Shown here piece after piece: positions 26,157 to 34,912 of a stretch of 39,762 nucleotides of DNA. A program made the translations under genes and the position numbers. Source of the DNA: an uncultured Coriobacteriaceae bacterium. Lineage in GTDB: Bacteria; Actinomycetota; Coriobacteriia; Coriobacteriales; CADBOM01. Each line of letters opens with the position of its first letter. The first letter of the stretch is position 1. The stretch lies in contig CAZLCK010000001.1 in NCBI GenBank assembly GCA_964558235.1, positions 33,943 through 73,704 of the forward strand, written 5' to 3'. The notes below the pieces were generated by a model that made no database searches, was not told the origin of the DNA, and worked only from the letters and a program-made list of their open reading frames with translations.

Positions 26157-28415
26157 ATGGCATACGGTAAAGAATGGAGAGAAGTAAGGGAAGACGGCAC
26201 AGTCGTCACCCGAAGCAACACATGGTCTCCTCCAGGAAGCCACCCGGTTGGATACGGCGTTAAGGTCGTTACCAAGGATGGCGAGCTCATTCGCGTCGAG
26301 GGTGATGATGACAACCCAATCACCAATGGACGCGTTAACGCTATGAACCTTGCATTGCGTGAGTACACCTACTCACCAGACCGCATCATCTACCCGATGA
26401 AGCGCGATCCTAAGGATCGAGGCAAGGATAAGTGGGAGCGCATCACCTGGGACGAGGCAATTGACATGTGCTGCGACAAGATCAACGAGATGAAGGAGAA
26501 GTATGGTCCTGAGTCGATCGTTGTCTTTGGTGGTACTGGTCGTGAAGCTTGTATCTACTATTACGCATTGGGATTCTCTGCAATTGGAACCCCTAATGTT
26601 TGCTATGGACAGTCCGGTTGGTCTTGCTACGGACCACGTTGTTCTGTTACCGACTACATCCTAGGAGCCGGCTATCCTGAGATGGACTACGCCGGATACT
26701 TCCCCCAAAGATTCGATGACCCTGACTTTGTCTTGCCAGAGTACATCGTCTTATGGGGTAAGAACCCACTACCTTCCAACGGTGACGGTCTATTTGGACA
26801 TGCTCTCGTTGACATGATGAAGCGCGGCTCAAAGATTATCTCTGTCGACCCACGCATCACCTGGATTGGATGTATCGATGGAAATATCAATGTTCAGCTT
26901 CGCCCACAAACCGATACTGCATTTGCACTCGGTATTATCAATCTTCTTTTTGAAAATGATACCTATGACCACGAGTTCGTTGAGAACTGGTGCTTTGGCG
27001 CTGAGCAGCTAAGGAAGCGCGCTGCTGAGTATCCAGTCGATAAGGTTTCTGAGATCACATGGGTTCCTGAAGAGACCATCATAAAGGTCGCAAACATCCT
27101 TGGAACTTGCCGTCCAATTTCTTGGGCATGGGGTCTCGCATTTGACCAGAACAAGAATGGTGTTCAGCTTGGACAGGCATTCTTGGCCCTCTGCGCAATG
27201 TGCGGCTCTATCGACACCCCAGGTGGAATTACACTTGGACCTCCAGCTGCACTTCTTGGTAAGTGGCGTATGGAGCAACGCTCATATCTATCTGACGAAG
27301 TATGGGCAAAGCGTATTGGTGCTGAAGCATGGCCAGGACTATCTACTGGTATGGCGACTACTCACCCAGACGCAACTCTTGATACTTTAGAGACTGGTGA
27401 GCCATATGAGCTCCACATGGGCTGGTTCAACAGTTCTAATCTACTTACACCAACCTGCTCTGCACAGCCAAAGAGATGGCATGATGCACTTCTTAAGCTC
27501 GAGTTTGTAGTAGTTCAGGATCTATTCATGAACCCAACTGCTATGGCTTGTGGCGACCTCTTCTTGCCACTTAGCACTTGGGCTGAGCATGATGGAATCG
27601 TCATTACTCACTACGGACGTAATACCGTATTTATGGGCCCAATGAATAAGGCTCTAGAGGTTGGCGAGTGCAAGAGCGACATCGAGGTCTGCATTGCTAT
27701 CGGAAACCGTCTAAATCCTGATTGGTGGCCATGGAAGGATGCAGAGTCATTCTTTGATGATCAGCTTAAAGAGCTTGGTATGACATTTAATGATCTGCGT
27801 GAATCAGGCTTTTATCAACCAGGCTATACCTACAAGAAGTATGAAAAGGGCATGCTCCGCTTCGACGGAGAGCCAGGATTTAACACCGTTACTGGTAAGG
27901 TCGAGATGAAGTCGACTCTATATCGTGCATGGGGCGAGGATGCTTTGCCATATTACGAGGAGCCAAACTTCAGTCCATACAGTCGTCCAGAGGATGCAGA
28001 TACCTATCCTTTGATCATGACCACTGGCTCTCGTACTTACACCTCATTCCACTCTGAGCATCGTCAAGTTCCTTCGCTTCGCGCAATCGATCCGTGGCCT
28101 GTCATCGAGCTACATCCAGAGGACGCTGACGCATATAACATCACCGAAGGTGACTGGGTTGAGGTTTACAACATGTTTGGTGAGGCACGCCTAAAGGCTC
28201 GCATAACTCCAACCGTTCATAAGGGTGTTGTACATTGCACCCATGGTTGGTGGTTCCCAGAGCAAGATGGCGAGGAGCCAAACTTGTTTGGTGTTTGGAA
28301 GTCAAACGTTAACTCCCTAATCCCTCACTTCAATGTAGGTGTTCTAGGATTCGGCGCGCCATACAAGGGCATCATGTGTAATGTCAGACGCGTCAAGAGC
28401 CTCGACCAGGATTAA
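26157..28415 (+). CDS. DMSO-reductase-family bis-MGD molybdo/tungsto-enzyme catalytic subunit (Eggerthellaceae catechol-dehydroxylase/acetylene-hydratase-like clade), lacking N-terminal Fe-S cysteines
   Basis: WSPPG.HPVG, DRIIYPMKR, KWERITWDEA, CYGPR, WGKNP, VDPR, FHSEHRQ and HGWW motifs; no Tat signal. Confidence 0.9.
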   Translation: MAYGKEWREVREDGTVVTRSNTWSPPGSHPVGYGVKVVTKDGELIRVEGDDDNPITNGRVNAMNLALREYTYSPDRIIYPMKRDPKDRGKDKWERITWDEAIDMCCDKINEMKEKYGPESIVVFGGTGREACIYYYALGFSAIGTPNVCYGQSGWSCYGPRCSVTDYILGAGYPEMDYAGYFPQRFDDPDFVLPEYIVLWGKNPLPSNGDGLFGHALVDMMKRGSKIISVDPRITWIGCIDGNINVQLRPQTDTAFALGIINLLFENDTYDHEFVENWCFGAEQLRKRAAEYPVDKVSEITWVPEETIIKVANILGTCRPISWAWGLAFDQNKNGVQLGQAFLALCAMCGSIDTPGGITLGPPAALLGKWRMEQRSYLSDEVWAKRIGAEAWPGLSTGMATTHPDATLDTLETGEPYELHMGWFNSSNLLTPTCSAQPKRWHDALLKLEFVVVQDLFMNPTAMACGDLFLPLSTWAEHDGIVITHYGRNTVFMGPMNKALEVGECKSDIEVCIAIGNRLNPDWWPWKDAESFFDDQLKELGMTFNDLRESGFYQPGYTYKKYEKGMLRFDGEPGFNTVTGKVEMKSTLYRAWGEDALPYYEEPNFSPYSRPEDADTYPLIMTTGSRTYTSFHSEHRQVPSLRAIDPWPVIELHPEDADAYNITEGDWVEVYNMFGEARLKARITPTVHKGVVHCTHGWWFPEQDGEEPNLFGVWKSNVNSLIPHFNVGVLGFGAPYKGIMCNVRRVKSLDQD

Positions 28416-28435
28416 GAGAAAGGGAGAGACACGAA

Positions 28436-28792
28436 ATGGCTGACAAGAAGCAATACGGCCTACTAGTTGACTACAAGTACTTTTCTGGCAATCACTCTGC
28501 TGAGATTGCTTGCAAGGAAGAGATGGGACTTGCGGTCGATCAATACGGCATCAAGGAAGTTCAGGTCGGACCCTTCAAGATTGGCGAGGGTAACGATGGT
28601 GAAGATTGGGAGTGGTTCTACATTCCTGTTCCCACATCTCTTTTCTCTAAGATGTGGGCTGATGGAGGCAATGGTGGCACCCCACTAGCCGTTCAGGTAG
28701 AGGAATCAGGCTCGCTCACCTACGGACCTATCGACGAACTCGCACAAAAACTTGTCGAATGGCCTCGTCCTGCGGTACTCTTCAAGTTGTAG
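28436..28792 (+). CDS. Ferredoxin-like beta subunit of the molybdoenzyme with only one Cys left
   Basis: YGLLVDYKY-FSGNHSAEIAC-KEE aligns to the YGLLIDYxxCxGCxxCExACK pattern; GP, IPVPT and YGxxxELA scaffold retained. Confidence 0.8.
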   Translation: MADKKQYGLLVDYKYFSGNHSAEIACKEEMGLAVDQYGIKEVQVGPFKIGEGNDGEDWEWFYIPVPTSLFSKMWADGGNGGTPLAVQVEESGSLTYGPIDELAQKLVEWPRPAVLFKL

Positions 28793-28803
28793 GCTGTTTT
28801 TAT

Positions 28804-28864
28804 TTCAAAGGTTTAAACCGTTTCGTTTTTTGGCCAGGCCTTGAAAACGAAGCGGTACTTTGAA
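28804..28864 (+). other. Long intergenic stem-loop within the molybdoenzyme operon
   Basis: ACCGTTTCGTTTT...AAAACGAAGCGGT, extended by TTCAAAG/CTTTGAA; no clear U-tract. Confidence 0.55.
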
Positions 28865-28880
28865 GCAAAGGAGAGACACC

Positions 28881-29180
28881 ATGGACAGAAGTGAATTTGA
28901 AAATCTAGAAATGAATGCCCAGGTCGAATATCTCAACGGTTTTGTCTCAGAGGGCAAGTCTCTTGAAGAGATTGAAGAGATTGTCGGAATGACCGAGCGT
29001 GAGCTTGGTGCCATTGGACTCTACTACATCGACGAGGACGATGGATTTATGGGCAAGCCAATGCGTGGCTATCAAACAGCAAAGCGCAGTGGTAACGAAT
29101 ACGCAGCTACCGGAAGCGGCTGGCGCAGTGAAGAAGAGGCTGAGTCTGGCGAGGGTGCAGCTCACGTTTCCCTCACTTAA
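28881..29180 (+). CDS. Small acidic hypothetical protein (HTH-like N-terminus), third gene of the operon
   Basis: 99 aa; AAGGAG RBS; codon style matches the upstream genes; GKSLEEIEEIVGMTERE resembles a helix-turn-helix. Confidence 0.75.
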   Translation: MDRSEFENLEMNAQVEYLNGFVSEGKSLEEIEEIVGMTERELGAIGLYYIDEDDGFMGKPMRGYQTAKRSGNEYAATGSGWRSEEEAESGEGAAHVSLT

Positions 29181-29210
29181 GCTTGCGCTAGACTATCAAA
29201 CTGCATGCAC

Positions 29211-29247
29211 AAGAGCGTCGAAAAAAGTTTCGACGCTCTTTCATTTT
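29211..29247 (+). terminator. Intrinsic terminator ending the molybdoenzyme operon
   Basis: AAGAGCGTCGAAA-aaag-TTTCGACGCTCTT followed by TCATTTT. Confidence 0.8.
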
Positions 29248-29381
29248 GGGCCTCCCGTTTTATGCGGAATTATGCGCGGCTTATAAGACAAAAAGTGTAT
29301 TCGGTTTTGGGGCATTGATGCAGATCAGTCCCGAATTATTTCCTAGGCTCCCTTTTGTCCTATAGCTTTTGTTGCTGCTAT

Positions 29382-30953
29382 TTAGCGCTCAGTAATATTT
29401 GGCAAAATAGCTGATTCGAAATAATCATCGACACTAAATGTAAGTGTTCCGCTCATAGTTTCGCTATCAAAATGATCTAGTATGTCTTGATAGTCATACT
29501 CTCCGCCTGTTTGTAAGTCGATTAACTCATCAGCTTCTGCGCGTGTAAAGTACAGCTCTGAATCCGTTGAATTTGTATAGAGAGCCATAGGAATCAAATA
29601 GGCATATCTATCCACCCAAACAACAACTGATAAGCCATTACTTAGCTGATAAGTCCCAACAACTGAATTCCCAATATCTCCCATTGTAAAGGTTGGATCA
29701 TCAAGATCTGCAACATAAACCGAACAGATCGCCCTTGTTGGATATTCAGCCGACACAACAGTGATTTCATCACCAGAAACTGTAATCTCAACCCTATCAC
29801 GCCAATAAGATGGGAATGTGATCTCGTAGCTATCTGCAGTAATGTGAAGCGAATTTGAACTATTTGAAGTGGAACTTTGTGCTATCTCTGCTCTATTTCG
29901 AGCAACAGCTCTTAAATTGCTGGCCTGATCTTCAGAATCGACGCCACCAGACAATGCGTACTCATAAGCTAGCTCGATCTCTTCATCAGTCACATCGCTA
30001 GCCTCAATTGGCTCAAGCACAAAAGTTCCATAAAAGTAATATGATCCTTCAACTGTATCCACACTTACATGCACTTCTTGGTCACTTACATCGTAGATAG
30101 TTCCATCAGAAGCAATTGGTGATGCCGGAATATACAAATCATATTCACCAGTTGGCAGATACAAAGAGCTACCTTCCTCATCGACATAATAAAGATCTGG
30201 CGAAATAGCCTCCCCATCCAAATTTGTGCCGACAATTTTTATAGGAATCTTTGAACCGGTAGATGTATCGAGCCCTTCAGCCGTTATGGGAACGATCACT
30301 TCCATGCTGGTACGTGCAAGATCATATTCTTCTTGTATTTGTTGTTGCTCATCGAAATATCGCCAAGCAAAAAAGCCTCCAACACCTAAAGCAGCTACAA
30401 CCACAATAACTACAACGGTTATGATTATTGCCTTTTTAGACGGACCCTTCTTTTGTGTTTGCTGTTCATAAGGTGTGCCAGAAACATCTTGCATGTTGGT
30501 CTGGGCAGGAATTCTTTGAGTAGTGTTTTGATTTGGCAAAACCCTTGTATAGTCAGAATCGCCTTGATAATCAACGGGAGAAATTATGCGAGTTGGATCG
30601 CTTGAACCATCGTAAGCTGGTTGATCATTTAAAACCTGAGTGGCATCCGCGTCAAATGCAGAAGCACCTGTTACTGCACTATCTGCGACTCCACTTGGCA
30701 TAGCCTGTGTGTCATCGAGATCAAGAGAGGAAACAGCTCTGTCAGCCTCACTGGCATCACCTGAAAAACTTTCAGAACCGCCGGTAATACCATCACTATC
30801 CTGAGACTCAACAGAATCTGTATTGGTCTCAGCATCTTGCATATCAAAATCTATAGGCCCATCCTCTATAGGAAGAACAACCTTTGCACCGCAAGCAGTA
30901 CAAAAAGATGAATCATCACTTAGTTGAGTACCACACTGAGAACAAAAAATCAT
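29382..30953 (-). CDS. Zinc-ribbon domain single-pass membrane protein
   Basis: CSQCG..FCTACG zinc ribbon, acidic disordered linker, TM helix and large extracellular domain; ATG after AAAGGGGGA. Confidence 0.85.
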   Translation of the reverse strand: MIFCSQCGTQLSDDSSFCTACGAKVVLPIEDGPIDFDMQDAETNTDSVESQDSDGITGGSESFSGDASEADRAVSSLDLDDTQAMPSGVADSAVTGASAFDADATQVLNDQPAYDGSSDPTRIISPVDYQGDSDYTRVLPNQNTTQRIPAQTNMQDVSGTPYEQQTQKKGPSKKAIIITVVVIVVVAALGVGGFFAWRYFDEQQQIQEEYDLARTSMEVIVPITAEGLDTSTGSKIPIKIVGTNLDGEAISPDLYYVDEEGSSLYLPTGEYDLYIPASPIASDGTIYDVSDQEVHVSVDTVEGSYYFYGTFVLEPIEASDVTDEEIELAYEYALSGGVDSEDQASNLRAVARNRAEIAQSSTSNSSNSLHITADSYEITFPSYWRDRVEITVSGDEITVVSAEYPTRAICSVYVADLDDPTFTMGDIGNSVVGTYQLSNGLSVVVWVDRYAYLIPMALYTNSTDSELYFTRAEADELIDLQTGGEYDYQDILDHFDSETMSGTLTFSVDDYFESAILPNITER

Positions 30954-31021
30954 TATTCCCCCTTTATTTTTGCCCAACGTTAACTAATTAGCGCTAACTA
31001 ATTATTCAGTTTCAATATATA

Positions 31022-32314
31022 TTACACGCTAAAGAGAACCTCGCGCTCATCTTCAGGAAGAGCGCTTCTAGCAGCATCTCTCAAGCTATTAACACCAATA
31101 AAAAACTCTCTCATCATTGCAACGAGTAAATATCTACCGCGAGGCGTAAGTGTTATCTTCTCATCGTCATCCACATCAAAAGCACCGGCCAACTTCATAA
31201 ACAAATATTCAGCTGGCAATCCTCTTTCTACGCTGCATCCAAAGTCGCTCTCCCACTGCTTCTTGTCGAGCTTTAGCCCAAATAGCTGCATTAAAAATCT
31301 ATATCTCATGCGATCGGTCTTTAAAAATCTATTCTCGCCCATTGCAGAGAGCATGCCAAGTTCTATCTTCTCACCATATTGCTTTAACGAAAACGTATTC
31401 ACATACAAATTACCTTCGAGATAGCTCATTGCACCCGAGCCAATCGCCGGATACTCCTCATAATTGACAATGTATTCATCGATCATTGAGTTCTCTACAG
31501 CGTTAAACGTCCAGGCACTGCTATGTGTATAAGCGGGATTAGCACCTCCGCACAAAACCTCATCGATAATGTGGTAGAAATGTTCTTCGCGACTTTCATC
31601 TACCTCCCCCACAGTCTTTCTTAAGCTGTCACGCACAGAAGGAGAGGCCATAAGCGGATAGAACGTCGTCTGCGAAGCTCCAGTTGCAGCTACAGTCTCT
31701 AAGTCCTTAAAAAGCATCTCCTCTGTCTGCGAAGGAAAATTGAACATCATATCGACATTTAGACTCTGAAAGTAATCCTTGGCATAGTAAATTCGCTCGA
31801 CAATCTCTTGAGCGCTTCCATACTTTTCATAACGACCCATCTGTTTTAAAAGATCATCGTTAAAACTTTGAACACCAACGGAAAGACGCTTGATCTTGCC
31901 TTTTAGACTATCGACAATCTCTGGAACAAGATGATTTGGATTGGTCTCGCAAGACGCATCCTCGATATCAAAAAGCTCGTAGGCTTTATCCAAGGTCTGT
32001 AGAAGCTCATCAAGCAAAATGGTAGGCGTACCTCCACCAACATATAGCGTCTCGCACTTAAAGCCTTGATCAGCGACCATCTGCATCTCTTTTCTAAGAG
32101 ATGCAAAGTAAGCGCGAGCCTTACCCTCATCAAAAGAAAAACGGTTAAATGAGCAGTATGGACACAACCTCTCACAAAATGGAACATGGATGTAGAGCAT
32201 GTAGGATTGCTTTTTCTTTGGAGGCGGAAAATGGCTTATTTCTGTAGGCTTAAATTGTAGTTTAGAAGAGTTAAGCGTCCTCATAATGGATGTAAGAACT
32301 TTCTCCTGAAGCAT
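31022..32314 (-). CDS. menK: Class C (HemN-like) radical SAM methyltransferase, probably menaquinone C-8 methyltransferase MenK/MqnK
   Basis: YIHVPFCERLCPYCSF, GGGTP, ETNPNHL, and QTTFYPLM matching the recalled MenK signature QxTxYPLM. Confidence 0.8.
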   Translation of the reverse strand: MLQEKVLTSIMRTLNSSKLQFKPTEISHFPPPKKKQSYMLYIHVPFCERLCPYCSFNRFSFDEGKARAYFASLRKEMQMVADQGFKCETLYVGGGTPTILLDELLQTLDKAYELFDIEDASCETNPNHLVPEIVDSLKGKIKRLSVGVQSFNDDLLKQMGRYEKYGSAQEIVERIYYAKDYFQSLNVDMMFNFPSQTEEMLFKDLETVAATGASQTTFYPLMASPSVRDSLRKTVGEVDESREEHFYHIIDEVLCGGANPAYTHSSAWTFNAVENSMIDEYIVNYEEYPAIGSGAMSYLEGNLYVNTFSLKQYGEKIELGMLSAMGENRFLKTDRMRYRFLMQLFGLKLDKKQWESDFGCSVERGLPAEYLFMKLAGAFDVDDDEKITLTPRGRYLLVAMMREFFIGVNSLRDAARSALPEDEREVLFSV

Positions 32315-32447
32315 CTTCACCCCTTTTTTGCAGGAGATTATAAATTTAAGTTAGATTATAAGCCGAAAAACTGCTCTCACACCCTCATAAAACTCCTATG
32401 AAAGACGATATACTTTTATAAGGTTTAAGACGCTAAAGGATGTCGCG

Positions 32448-33419
32448 TTGATGCAAGAATCTTCTTCAATTATTGATGAGCTTCCATTGCTCGATTCCAA
32501 ATATGCTTTGGATGTTCTATCGGATATAAAAACGATCTACACCGACCTAGATGGCACGCTTTTAGCGCCTGGTGGGAAGCTGCTGTGCAATTTTAAAGGA
32601 GAGCCATCATTTGAACTTGCCCAAGCCTATGTGGCTCTAAAAAAAGTAGGCGTTTCGATCGTTATTGTTACTGGCAGAAGCCGTTTTCAAGGCAATGAAT
32701 TTATTCGCATATTTGACGCGGATGCCTTCATTGGAGAGATGGGCACAACAATCCATGAGCGCGATACTTCCCCACTGGATGTTCAGTATGATACGGGAAG
32801 TTTTGAGTGGGATCGCAAAAAATATCAAACTCCTTATGAAGCGATTGCGGCAACCGGAGCAATCGACGACCTGCTTGAGAGATACAGAGGTCTACTTGAG
32901 TACAACTATCCAAGATGTTTAAACCGCGATGTCACACATGCAATGCGCGGAAATGTAAACGTCGATGAGGTTGCCAGCTATCTAAAGACACAAGGCTATG
33001 AACTTTCGCTTGAAGATAACGGAATGCTTTTTACCGTGAAGCATTCCTCGCTAGAAAATCTCGATGAAGTTCACGGTTTTCATGTTGTTCCAGCCAACAC
33101 ATCTAAAGCAATTGCTGTTGCACAGGATATCCAAAGACGCGGGCTTAATCGCAAGCAAACATTAGCAGTTGGAGACGGTGCAAGTGATATTGAGATGGGT
33201 CGTGCTGCAGGTGTTCTAATCGTCATGGCAAACGGACTCAAAAAAGGCCGCAATCGTGTAAAGATTGAAGAGATCATGTCGGGAATCCAAACTAACAATT
33301 TGGACATTTTGAGTCCAACAACGATGTACAAACCTCTGGTAACCACAAAATATTGTTGCGATGGTTGGGTTGAGATGGCAAATGCAATCCTAAAAGCCAA
33401 AGGTGCTATTGCAAGTTAG
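32448..33419 (+). CDS. HAD-superfamily (Cof/IIB-like) hydrolase
   Basis: DLDGTL, VTGR, SK and GDGASD motifs. Confidence 0.88.
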   Translation: MMQESSSIIDELPLLDSKYALDVLSDIKTIYTDLDGTLLAPGGKLLCNFKGEPSFELAQAYVALKKVGVSIVIVTGRSRFQGNEFIRIFDADAFIGEMGTTIHERDTSPLDVQYDTGSFEWDRKKYQTPYEAIAATGAIDDLLERYRGLLEYNYPRCLNRDVTHAMRGNVNVDEVASYLKTQGYELSLEDNGMLFTVKHSSLENLDEVHGFHVVPANTSKAIAVAQDIQRRGLNRKQTLAVGDGASDIEMGRAAGVLIVMANGLKKGRNRVKIEEIMSGIQTNNLDILSPTTMYKPLVTTKYCCDGWVEMANAILKAKGAIAS

Positions 33420-33448
33420 TGTTAGTTCATATGTTTAAAAACTGAAAA

Positions 33449-33514
33449 TCAGTGCGAGAAAAACAGGTACAGCCCTAGGTATCTTTGCAAAAGTCAATGC
33501 GAGAAAAACAGGTA
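33449..33514 (+). repeat. Two 21-bp direct repeats TCA(G/A)TGCGAGAAAAACAGGTA, 45 bp apart
   Basis: Copies at 33449-33469 and 33494-33514 with one mismatch. Confidence 0.85.
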
Positions 33515-34573
33515 AATTAAAGCTGTGAAGCATGGAATAATATTGGCAAACACTGGATCCCCAAGTAGTCCCAATGAAGAATCGGTACGTAAATATTTAA
33601 AAGAATTTCTGAGAGATCCTAGGATTATGCCAGTCAATAGGGTCTTAAAGTTCTTTTTGCTAAATTTCGTGATTTTACCTAGGCGTTGCCAAAAATCTAC
33701 TAAAAAGTACCAACAGATTTGGAGCGCAGAGGGTGCTCCCTTGGTTGTAATGCAAGAAAAGCTTGCACAAAAGCTTGAGGCTTCGCTTTGTAATAAAGGA
33801 ATTGATGCTTACGTGAGATCGGCGATGAACTTTGGAACTCCGTCGATAAAACAGGCTGTATTAGAACTGCGCGATCTAGGTTGTGAGCAACTACATATTG
33901 TGCCGATGTATCCACAAAGCGCGTTTTCTACCACATATGCTGTTAAAGATAAGATCGATGCGGCTGTAAAAGATATCCTTTGCAACTTCATTGACAGCTA
34001 TCCTTCAAACGAAAGATATATCCAAGCGATCGCTCAAAACATCAAAAATGCAGGATTTGGGCAATGCGCCGACGACCATCTGGTGTTTTCGTATCACTCA
34101 ATTCCACTAGATGACATCAATAATGGCGACACCTATTTTGACCAAATACGCACAAGCAGCGCTTTGATTGCAAAGTCGCTTGGACTTGATGGCACGCCGG
34201 ATCAGATAATTGCAAATCCGCTGGATAATCCCTACAAATATTCAATAGTTTTTCAGAGTCGATTTGAAGACAACCGCAATTGGCTCTCGCCTTTTGAATC
34301 TGTTGTTCTACCACATTTGGCTACAAAAACAAAGAGTCGCATATTTGTAGTGTGCCCCAACTTTGCTATCGACTGCTTAGAAACCCTTTATGAGGTTGAA
34401 ATAAAACAAAAGCAATTTTTTATTGAAAACAGAAAAGCCACAGATACCGAGTTCAATGAGAACTGTTTTATCTATGTACCGTGTTTAAATGATACAGATA
34501 CTCACGTTCAAATTCTTGAAGATATTTTGTTTTAGTTACATATCGTCTGGATTACAGCCCTAGGTATCTTTGC
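33468..34573 (+). repeat. Perfect 21-bp direct repeat TACAGCCCTAGGTATCTTTGC flanking hemH
   Basis: Copies at 33468-33488 and 34553-34573. Confidence 0.9.
33525..34535 (+). CDS. hemH: Ferrochelatase
   Basis: LANTGSP, YLKEFL.DPR, PMYPQ, FSYHSIP, FQSRF..WL.P, DCLETLYE and PCLND motifs. Confidence 0.92.
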   Translation: MKHGIILANTGSPSSPNEESVRKYLKEFLRDPRIMPVNRVLKFFLLNFVILPRRCQKSTKKYQQIWSAEGAPLVVMQEKLAQKLEASLCNKGIDAYVRSAMNFGTPSIKQAVLELRDLGCEQLHIVPMYPQSAFSTTYAVKDKIDAAVKDILCNFIDSYPSNERYIQAIAQNIKNAGFGQCADDHLVFSYHSIPLDDINNGDTYFDQIRTSSALIAKSLGLDGTPDQIIANPLDNPYKYSIVFQSRFEDNRNWLSPFESVVLPHLATKTKSRIFVVCPNFAIDCLETLYEVEIKQKQFFIENRKATDTEFNENCFIYVPCLNDTDTHVQILEDILF

Positions 34574-34612
34574 GATCTATAAAGAAACTAAAAATGTTGG
34601 GATAAGAGAATG

Positions 34613-34687
34613 TGGAGCGGGTGACGGGACTCGAACCCGCGAATACGAGCTTGGGAAGCTCGGGCCTTACCACTTGGCAACACCCGC
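34613..34687 (-). tRNA. tRNA-Gly(CCC)
   Basis: GCGGGTG acceptor stem, anticodon loop TTCCCAA, GGTTCGAGTCC T-arm, TCCA end. Confidence 0.97.
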
Positions 34688-34719
34688 GTATGACTTTGCC
34701 GGGTGAACCGGCATAAGAT

Positions 34720-34748
34720 AGTATACCGTTGCAAATTTTGCCGGGCAA
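34720..34748 (-). promoter_or_regulatory. Promoter of tRNA-Gly
   Basis: TTGCCC-17 nt-TATACT on the minus strand, about 30 nt upstream of the tRNA. Confidence 0.65.
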
Positions 34749-34912
34749 GACACAGAGCAGAAAAACGACCTCGCTGCACAGCAGCCAACAAGCAGCCAGC
34801 ATTTAGCCAAAACTTTTCGTGCTCACCGCAACACTAACTGCAACCTTGCAGACTTAATGCAAATGCCCACAGCTCCGTTAGTCTGCAAGAAGGAGGGGCT
34901 GAAAGCGAAGCA

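Noticed and set aside
26157-28792. Selenocysteine or stop-codon recoding explaining the missing cysteines
   Set aside because: The substituted positions are ordinary sense codons (AAC, AGC, TAC, TTT, AAT, GCT) and there is no in-frame TGA.
30981-31004. TAACTAATTA direct repeat separated by GCGC
   Set aside because: Short and AT-rich, in a 68-bp gap between co-oriented genes; no supporting evidence of function.
32346-32361. DtxR-like box upstream of menK (TTAAGTTAGATTATAA)
   Set aside because: Only a partial match in AT-rich sequence, with poor symmetry.
13024-34687. Integrative element bounded by tRNA-Val or tRNA-Gly
   Set aside because: No integrase and no duplicated tRNA 3' end were found, and the interval contains core housekeeping genes.
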